Of a stretch of DNA of 32,000 bases, positions 8,889 through 15,717 are shown one piece after another. The stretch is from Candidatus Thorarchaeota archaeon. GTDB taxonomy: Archaea > Asgardarchaeota > Thorarchaeia > Thorarchaeales > Thorarchaeaceae. A model generated the notes under the pieces. It was not told the DNA's origin and made no database searches. It saw nothing but the letters and a program-made list of their open reading frames with translations. The stretch spans positions 210,001-242,000 of the forward strand of contig SHMX01000004.1 in assembly GCA_008080745.1 (NCBI GenBank), given 5' to 3'. Position numbers and translations under genes: made by a program. Each line of letters starts with the position of its first letter. The stretch's first letter is position 1.

Positions 8889-9016
8889 ATTTTTGGATAA
8901 TTAACCTGCCTTAACCTTTACTCTACCGGAGTAATCCATAAGGAATTAACAATATTTATGTTGTACCTGACTGCTTAAATAACTCCTCAACGTTCTATTA
9001 TATTCGTGTATCTGGT

Positions 9017-10387
9017 ATGAAGATTTCAACGATAAAGCAAGATGGACTCGCACATCTTTCCTATTTTATTAGTAGCGATGATGAAGCAATTGTTATTGAC
9101 CCTCGCCGTGATGCTCAGATCTATGTAGATATGGCGAATGAGCAGCAGGTCGAAATCAAATATATATTTGAAACCCATCGAAATGAGGATTATGTTATTG
9201 GTTCTTTGGAATTACAAAATCGCTATCCATCATTAGAAATCGCACACTCAAAAGAGACCGATTTCAAATATGGTGAAATAAAACTTGGCGATGAAGACGA
9301 GTTCAAAGTTGGTTCGATAAAAGTAGTTGCATTACATACTCCAGGACATACCAATGATAGTATGTGTTACTTGTTAATTGATAGCTCAGTAAGTGACGAT
9401 CCCATTGTTATTTTTACAGGTGATACACTATTTTCAAATGAAGTTGGTAGAACAGATCTTGTGGATATAAAGCTCCATGAAGAACAGTCTGAGAAACTAT
9501 ACCACAGTCTAACCGAAAAGATACTGAAACTACCTGATGGTGTTATTGTCTATCCTGCACATGGTGCAGGTTCCGTCTGTGGCGGCGATATAGCAGACCG
9601 CGACTTCACCACTATTGGTTATGAAAAAGTAAACAATATCTGGTTGGACATGGACAAGTCTGAATTCATAGAGGCTAAAATAAATCAGGGACTTATTCTA
9701 TCTCCTTATTTCAAGAGATGTGAACGTCTTAATACTGTAGGTCCCGAGTTGATTTCAAACCTGCCACGCATTGAAACTTTCACCACGGATCGATTTGAGG
9801 AGTTTCTTGAGGGAGAAGAAAATACTGTGATCGACACGCATAGCATCGAGGATTTCATGAGGGGCCATATTCCGGGTACTGTTAGCTTATCCATGGAGGG
9901 TATTGGATTACTTGCTGGATGGGCACTTCAGGAAAAACATAACTTTGTATTTGTACTTGATGATTTAGAGAATCTAGACGAGGCTAGAGCCTCACTACTT
10001 AGAGTTGGTCTAGATAATTTGGTTGGATATCTTCAGATGGGTGTGGAAGGCTGGAAGCGATCAGGGCGCGATATTGAATCCATGAAGAACTATGGATTGA
10101 AAGAGCTCAAGGAACTCGTAGAGTCGGATGATATTCAGATAGTCGATGTTAGACAACCTCATGAGTTCGAGAGTGGACATATTGAGGGTTCTTTCAATGC
10201 TCCTCTAACCCATATTCGTGAGAAAGCATCGGAAATTGACAAAAGCAGTCCTAAAGCCTCAGTTTGCGGGGTTGGACTACGGAGTACTACAGCGGCGAGT
10301 ATTCTAAAGAAAAATGGATTCAAAGACATCGGTGTACCTTTAGATGGCCTTAAAGGTTGGATGAAGAAAGGATACCCTGTAAAGTAA
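9017..10387 (+). CDS. MBL-fold persulfide-dioxygenase-like domain plus pseudo-rhodanese plus rhodanese (CstB/Blh architecture), 456 aa
   Basis: ETHRNEDY, HTPGHT, FTGDTLF...GRTDL and YPAHGAGSVCG. Two rhodanese domains (VIDTH, IVDVRQPHEF), with a catalytic-position Cys only in the second (VCGVGLRS). Confidence 0.88.
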   Translation: MKISTIKQDGLAHLSYFISSDDEAIVIDPRRDAQIYVDMANEQQVEIKYIFETHRNEDYVIGSLELQNRYPSLEIAHSKETDFKYGEIKLGDEDEFKVGSIKVVALHTPGHTNDSMCYLLIDSSVSDDPIVIFTGDTLFSNEVGRTDLVDIKLHEEQSEKLYHSLTEKILKLPDGVIVYPAHGAGSVCGGDIADRDFTTIGYEKVNNIWLDMDKSEFIEAKINQGLILSPYFKRCERLNTVGPELISNLPRIETFTTDRFEEFLEGEENTVIDTHSIEDFMRGHIPGTVSLSMEGIGLLAGWALQEKHNFVFVLDDLENLDEARASLLRVGLDNLVGYLQMGVEGWKRSGRDIESMKNYGLKELKELVESDDIQIVDVRQPHEFESGHIEGSFNAPLTHIREKASEIDKSSPKASVCGVGLRSTTAASILKKNGFKDIGVPLDGLKGWMKKGYPVK

Positions 10388-10401
10388 TTCGAGGTAGGAA
10401 G

Positions 10402-11988
10402 ATGTACTGGAGACGTTCGACTGGCAGGTCTGATGTTCTAGCAAAACGCGGAATGGTTGCAACGTCTCAACCACTTGCTGCTCAAACAGGAATATCTATT
10501 CTTCAACAAGGGGGTAATGCAATCGATGCTGCAGTTGCTACTGCAGCTGTTCTTGATGTTGTTGAACCTTTTAGCACTGGGTGTGGTGGAGATGCTTTTG
10601 CTCTGATTCATCTGCCAGGTCTTTCAGAACCATTGAGTTTCAATGGCTCGGGCCGTTCTGGCTCCCTTGTTTCTTTAGATGAACTTCGGGAAAAAAATTG
10701 GACCGAGATGCCACAACGAGGAGGACCTACAGTAACGGTTCCAGGTGCTATGCATCTGTGGTGGCATCTTATACAAAATTATGGCTCATTAGAATTTAGT
10801 GATATTCTAGCTCCTGCCATTCACTATGCTCGTAATGGATTTCCAGTATCTCAAATAATTGCTGAACAATGGGGACTTGTCGCACCTGTTCTAAGAAATG
10901 AATATGCTAAGGAAGTCTTCACTCTTGATGGATCGGCACCAGTTTTCGGTCAGATTATGAGAAATGTTGACTTGGCAGATACTTTTGAGAAGGTGTCCTC
11001 CGAGGGAATTGAAGAATTCTATAAAGGTGATATTGCAGAAAAAATCATTGATACGGTTCAAAGAGATGATGGCTATCTTACACGGGACGATCTTGCTGCC
11101 CACCAAACCAAAGAAACATCACCGATATCTACCAATTATCGTGGTATTGATGTTTTCGAGCATCCTCCAAACGGACAAGGGTTTGCGGCATTGGCCATGC
11201 TTAATATCATGAGAGAATTCGACATTAGCTCTCTTGGGTCAATAAGTATGGAGAGGTATCACATCATGATCGAGGCCAAGAAACTCGCCTATGCAGATCT
11301 TTACACACATAATGCTGATCCCTCGAAATATGATATTCCTCTAGAAAAGATTCTTTCCTCAGATTATGGACGAAATAGAGCCTCTCTAATAGATGTCACC
11401 AATGTGATGAGAAATCCAATGTCTGGTATAAAGTTGGGAGAGGATACAGTCTTTCTTGTTACAGCTGATAGTGAGGGGAGAGCGGTCTCTTTTATTAATA
11501 GTCTTTACATGGGTTTTGGAAGTGGTCTCGCTGTCCCGGGAACAGGTATAAAATTACAAAATCGTGGTCATCTTTTTAGTCTTGAGCCAAATCACCCCAA
11601 TTGTATTGCTCCTAGAAAACTTCCGTTTCATACAATAATTCCTGGAGCACTCTATCATGACAATGACTTTTTTGGCGTATTTGGAATTATGGGGGGTTCT
11701 CATCAGGCTCAAGCTCATGGTCAAGTAGTTAGTAATATAGTCGATTTCTCAATGTCCCCTCAAGAAGCACTAGATTTCCCAAGATTTCATCATAATCAAC
11801 AGAACAACACAGTTTCTCTTGAAAATGGCATATTTCCCGGGATTCAAGGATCCTTACGAAAACTTGGTCACCTACTGACTCATGAAACCATGTCTAATTT
11901 TGGTGGTGGACAGGCTATTCTAAAGAGGAAAGACGTTTGGGTTGCTGGCTCTGATTATAGGAAAGATGGATTAGCTATTGGGTATTAG
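10402..11988 (+). CDS. ggt: Gamma-glutamyltransferase family Ntn-hydrolase (YwrD/HpxW-like clade)
   Basis: GMVATSQPLA, GGNAIDAAVA, VVEPFSTGCGGDAF, autocleavage site ED/TVFLVTAD, SLYMGFGSG, PFHTIIPG, GIMGGSHQAQ and SDYRKDG. ATG 10402 follows GAGGT; the ORF track starts at 10357. Confidence 0.92.
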   Translation: MYWRRSTGRSDVLAKRGMVATSQPLAAQTGISILQQGGNAIDAAVATAAVLDVVEPFSTGCGGDAFALIHLPGLSEPLSFNGSGRSGSLVSLDELREKNWTEMPQRGGPTVTVPGAMHLWWHLIQNYGSLEFSDILAPAIHYARNGFPVSQIIAEQWGLVAPVLRNEYAKEVFTLDGSAPVFGQIMRNVDLADTFEKVSSEGIEEFYKGDIAEKIIDTVQRDDGYLTRDDLAAHQTKETSPISTNYRGIDVFEHPPNGQGFAALAMLNIMREFDISSLGSISMERYHIMIEAKKLAYADLYTHNADPSKYDIPLEKILSSDYGRNRASLIDVTNVMRNPMSGIKLGEDTVFLVTADSEGRAVSFINSLYMGFGSGLAVPGTGIKLQNRGHLFSLEPNHPNCIAPRKLPFHTIIPGALYHDNDFFGVFGIMGGSHQAQAHGQVVSNIVDFSMSPQEALDFPRFHHNQQNNTVSLENGIFPGIQGSLRKLGHLLTHETMSNFGGGQAILKRKDVWVAGSDYRKDGLAIGY

Positions 11989-12109
11989 TTATTCTCTCAA
12001 TAACCTCTTGTAATGCTAAAACGCAATAACTTAGATAAGGGGTATCGTTTTCCGCACATTGGAAATTGATTTGTTATCATCAAACATCCATTTTTCTATA
12101 GTATATATC

Positions 12110-12494
12110 ATGGTTGCCGGATTATTTAGCCATTACAAGAATCTTCCAATAACTATAGTAGCAGGTTCATATGCCGTTGTAAAGACAGTGGCTTGTAGAT
12201 ATCATACAAGTACTTGAAGCACATGATTTAGTTCGACTCAAAGCAAATCGAGAACAAATTGCAAACTTAGTGATAGGAACTCTTCCTTTTGTAAGTCTAT
12301 TATTAAAAATTGAGAATTACTTGGACCGATATTCTGAATCTTTACAAGTCAATATTCCAGAGTTACCAAGCTCTTCCTCCAGTTCAATTCTTGCAGCAGA
12401 AAGAACTCTTAGTGAAGCAATATCTCTCACACAAGAGCAAGAAAGATAGTTAGCAACTCTCAATAGTGGCAAACAAAGAACATATAGGACATAG
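12110..12494 (+). pseudogene. Possible decayed gene fragment (frameshift plus internal TAG)
   Basis: A 35-codon ORF from ATG 12110 overlaps an 88-codon start-less open frame 12183-12446 with helical protein-like content, then TAG and 14 more codons. No homology was checked. Confidence 0.35.
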
Positions 12495-12551
12495 AATTCT
12501 GTTCAATATTGTTTGATTTCCCTCTCATTGGATATCATTCGATGTGATAAA

Positions 12552-14048
12552 ATGCCTGAAGAAACTGAGGAATATAGGGAAGAGAGCGACCTATTGGGAA
12601 TCCGCAAAGTACCAAAGGATGCCTATTATGGTGTGCAAACACTTCGTGCAGTGGAGAATTTTGGCGTTTCTCTTGTAAGACTTTCAAACTATTCCACCCT
12701 TGTGGAATCTCTCGCCATGGTGAAGAAGGCATGTACTATGGCAAATAAGGAACTGGGGCATCTGGCTGAAGATTTTGCGGATGCTATTATTCAGGCATGT
12801 GAGGAAATCATTAAGGGAGAGCTCGTTGAAGAATTTGTAGTGGACATGATGCAGGGTGGAGCAGGGACTAGCACTAATATGAATGCTAACGAGGTTATTG
12901 CATCACGTGCTAATGAGATTCTAGGACATGAACGGAACTCATTAGAGCCAGTGAGTGCCAATGACCATGTTAACATGTCCCAAAGCACAAATGATGTGTA
13001 TCCTACCGCTATCAAGATTGCAACAATTTACGGAATGCGCGACCTATCAACAGCTCTTGAAGACCTCTGCTTAGCTTTAGATGCAAAAGCAGCCGAATAC
13101 AAGGGTATTCTCAAACTTGGTCGCACTGAGATGCAAGATGCAGTCCCAATTACTTTAGGTCAAGAATTCTCTGCTTGGTCGGCGTGTCTGAAACGTGACC
13201 TCCTCCGAATTGGATTGGCTATGGATGTTTTGAAGACACATAATATTGGAGCAACCGCAATTGGCACATCTCTTAATGCAGATCCACAATATATCGAATT
13301 AGCGGAACAACACCTACGAGATGTCACTGGTCTCCCTAGTCTAAGGACCGCAGAGAATCTAATTGATGATACTCAGAACTCGGATGAATTTGTTCATGTT
13401 TCTGGATTGTTGCGAGTTCTTTCTACTAACCTTGCTAAAATCTGTGGAGACCTCATTTTACTATCTTCTGGTCCAGTAGGTGGGTTTCATGAAATTAATC
13501 TTCCAGCAGTTCAACCAGGTTCATCCATAATGCCAGGAAAGGTCAATCCCGTTATTCCTGAAATGGTCATGCAATGTGCATTTCAAGTGATAGGACATGA
13601 CAACACTATCTCCATCGCAGCACAATCAGGACAGCTTGAATTGAACGCATACGAACCTGTAATTGCTTACAATTTCTTTCAGGCTTTGAAAGTGCTAAAG
13701 AATTCCATTCCGATCTTTACTGAGAAGTGCGTAAAAGGCATCACACCGAACAAGGAGGGTCTTGATGTTGTTCATAGGAGTGTGGGTTTAGTGACAGCTC
13801 TAAACCCAATCATCGGTTATAAGGCGTCAACAAAGATTGCAAAGAAGGCTCTGGAAACAAAGAAGACCATCCGTGAGATTGTATTGGATGAGGGCATCAT
13901 GGACGAAAAATGGTTAGATCTGGTGCTATCACCTGAACGTATGACCAAAGCTGGCGTTCCCGGTCATGAACATGAGAGTATGAGAGAACTGTTAGAAAAA
14001 AATACTGAGGAACGAAAGGAAATTGTGATGCAAGATGAAGATGAATGA
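12552..14048 (+). CDS. aspA: Aspartate ammonia-lyase (fumarase/aspartase superfamily)
   Basis: AYYGVQTLRAVENF, QGGAGTSTNMNANEVIA, DHVNMSQSTNDVYPTA, KLGRTEMQDAVP, signature GSSIMPGKVNPVIPE and GQLELNAYEP. ATG 12552 is preferred over TTG 12513. Confidence 0.92.
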   Translation: MPEETEEYREESDLLGIRKVPKDAYYGVQTLRAVENFGVSLVRLSNYSTLVESLAMVKKACTMANKELGHLAEDFADAIIQACEEIIKGELVEEFVVDMMQGGAGTSTNMNANEVIASRANEILGHERNSLEPVSANDHVNMSQSTNDVYPTAIKIATIYGMRDLSTALEDLCLALDAKAAEYKGILKLGRTEMQDAVPITLGQEFSAWSACLKRDLLRIGLAMDVLKTHNIGATAIGTSLNADPQYIELAEQHLRDVTGLPSLRTAENLIDDTQNSDEFVHVSGLLRVLSTNLAKICGDLILLSSGPVGGFHEINLPAVQPGSSIMPGKVNPVIPEMVMQCAFQVIGHDNTISIAAQSGQLELNAYEPVIAYNFFQALKVLKNSIPIFTEKCVKGITPNKEGLDVVHRSVGLVTALNPIIGYKASTKIAKKALETKKTIREIVLDEGIMDEKWLDLVLSPERMTKAGVPGHEHESMRELLEKNTEERKEIVMQDEDE

Positions 14049-14481
14049 TGTTCTTTATAGACGTTTAAGACACCTTTTTGATTCTCAACTTATTGCTGTG
14101 CTAAGCACATCAAAAGATGATCAGCCTTATGTATGTCTTGTTTCATTTGTGGTTGATGAAGAAATGGATTTTCTAATTTTTTCTACTCGTAGAAATCGTT
14201 TGAAATACCATCACATAGAGGCTAATCCAAGAGTGTCACTCATTATCGATGACAGGCGTAATATTCCGGTTGACTTACATGAAGCAACCTCTGTAACGAT
14301 TTTCGGAATTGCTACTGATACTAAGGATGAGGAAAAGGGAATTTGCACCGACCTGCTTTTATCGCGGCATCAAAATCTAACTAACTTTGTTAACCATCCT
14401 GATACTGCAGTCATCAAGGTAGATATTGAAAAGATGTATGTTGTTTCAGATTTCGAATCTGTCAAAGTAGTCGAGGCATGA
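14035..14481 (+). CDS. Pyridoxamine 5'-phosphate oxidase-like FMN-binding split-barrel protein
   Basis: IAVLSTSKDDQPYVCLVSF, FST...LKYHHIEANPRVSLIID and SVTIFGIA. It overlaps the aspA stop and the next start (ATGA). Confidence 0.88.
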   Translation: MKMNDVLYRRLRHLFDSQLIAVLSTSKDDQPYVCLVSFVVDEEMDFLIFSTRRNRLKYHHIEANPRVSLIIDDRRNIPVDLHEATSVTIFGIATDTKDEEKGICTDLLLSRHQNLTNFVNHPDTAVIKVDIEKMYVVSDFESVKVVEA

Positions 14482-15458
14482 CGGAAGAGATGCCAAAAGA
14501 TAGTGTAACGATTGGTGATATTTTTCAAGCAAGAGATAGGATATCTTCTCATATTAGAAAGACCCCACTTATTCGTTCGAGATTTCTAAGTGACTATTGT
14601 GGAGGAGAGGTTCTACTTAAACTAGAAAATCAACAAAAAACTGGTTCATTCAAGATTCGTGGAGCATTAAACAAACTGCTGCAGCTTACTGAATCTGAAT
14701 TGAAGAGGGGTGTAATAACAGCCTCCACAGGGAATCATGCCCAAGGTGTGGGATATGCTGCACAACTGGTTGGTACTAAGGCAACTGTAGTAGTTCCTGA
14801 ATCAATCTCTTCGAAGAAATTGAAAAGCATTTTACAATACAACATGGAAGTTATCAAGACTACAAGAGCAGAAGATATTGAATATGACGCTATCAAACTG
14901 GCAAAGGAGAGGAAATTGGTCTATGTTAGTCCGTATAATGAATCTGCAATAATTGCTGGCCAGGGCACAATTGGTCTAGAATTGTTAGAGCAAATTCATG
15001 AATTTGATGATGTTATTATTCCAGTAGGTGGAGGTGGACTTATCTCGGGCACTTCATTGGCAGTGAAATCTAGAAATTCAGATATTCGTATCCATGGAGT
15101 TCAGTCGAAAGCTGCAACAGCTATGTTCTCATCTCTAAGAAAGGGAGAAGTTGTAGGGGTTCAAGAGGACGAGTCTGTGGCTGAGGCACTTCTTGGTGGC
15201 TTGATTAAAGAAGCTATGACTCTAGAACTTATGCAAGATTTGGTGGATTCTATGCAATTAGTTTCTGAGAAAACAATCCGCGATGCAGTTCATATTCTTT
15301 GGACCATGGAGAGTCAAAAAGTTGAAGGGGCTGGAGCAGTTCCAGTTGCATATATTCTTGAGAATGCAGACCTGTTTAGTGATAGAACAAGTGTGTCAAT
15401 TATTAGTGGTGGAAATATTTCTGAGGAGCTATTAAAAGACATAATCAGCACTAGATGA
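14478..15458 (+). CDS. ilvA: PLP-dependent serine/threonine dehydratase family enzyme, short form without ACT domain, 326 aa
   Basis: RKTPL, LKLENQQKTGSFKIRGA (PLP Lys), ASTGNHAQG, AGQGTIGLE, PVGGGGLISG, EGAGA and SGGN. The symbol marks the family; the substrate is unproven. Confidence 0.85.
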   Translation: MTEEMPKDSVTIGDIFQARDRISSHIRKTPLIRSRFLSDYCGGEVLLKLENQQKTGSFKIRGALNKLLQLTESELKRGVITASTGNHAQGVGYAAQLVGTKATVVVPESISSKKLKSILQYNMEVIKTTRAEDIEYDAIKLAKERKLVYVSPYNESAIIAGQGTIGLELLEQIHEFDDVIIPVGGGGLISGTSLAVKSRNSDIRIHGVQSKAATAMFSSLRKGEVVGVQEDESVAEALLGGLIKEAMTLELMQDLVDSMQLVSEKTIRDAVHILWTMESQKVEGAGAVPVAYILENADLFSDRTSVSIISGGNISEELLKDIISTR

Positions 15459-15471
15459 AAATAGAATTAGG

Positions 15472-15544
15472 AAACACTGGTCGGTCGCCCGTTGATAAAA
15501 TCTAATCAGTTCCCCAAAGAACAGTTTCTTACCGACCAGTGTTT
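15472..15544 (+). other. Inverted-repeat-bounded structured element (candidate ncRNA, 3'-UTR element or MITE)
   Basis: Perfect 14-bp IR AAACACTGGTCGGT (15472-15485) / ACCGACCAGTGTTT (15531-15544) enclosing two small hairpins. Function unknown. Confidence 0.6.
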
Positions 15545-15679
15545 GGACCGCTTTTCCTTCCAGCATTTGTGATTGCAATCGAGGTTTATCAAAGTCTATT
15601 ATGCGGTCACAATTCTCTCAGTAAATATACTGTGAAACAAGGAAATTAATCATCTTGTGTATATCAAAACACTATCAAA

Positions 15680-15711
15680 TTAGAAGAAAGGAGAGAGGAA
15701 TAACTCCTCTC
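15680..15711 (-). terminator. Hairpin terminator of the metalloprotease gene
   Basis: 7-bp stem 15693-15699/15705-15711, 6 nt after the stop, followed on - by TCCTTTCTTCTAATTT. Confidence 0.65.
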
Positions 15712-15717
15712 GTTCAC

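Noticed and set aside
8419-8904. 161-aa + strand ORF, together with other antisense ORFs (925-1248, 1854-2192, 16526-17163, 22225-22668, 24578-25012)
   Set aside because: These are shadow frames of well-supported genes on the other strand, with Ser/Ile/Phe-rich composition and no motifs.
15486-15530. Hammerhead-like (CTGATTA...GAAAC on -) or IS200/IS605-like (TTGAT) reading of the junction element
   Set aside because: The core differs from CUGANGA/GAAA in both sequence and order, and no tnpA/tnpB or recognisable IS end is nearby.
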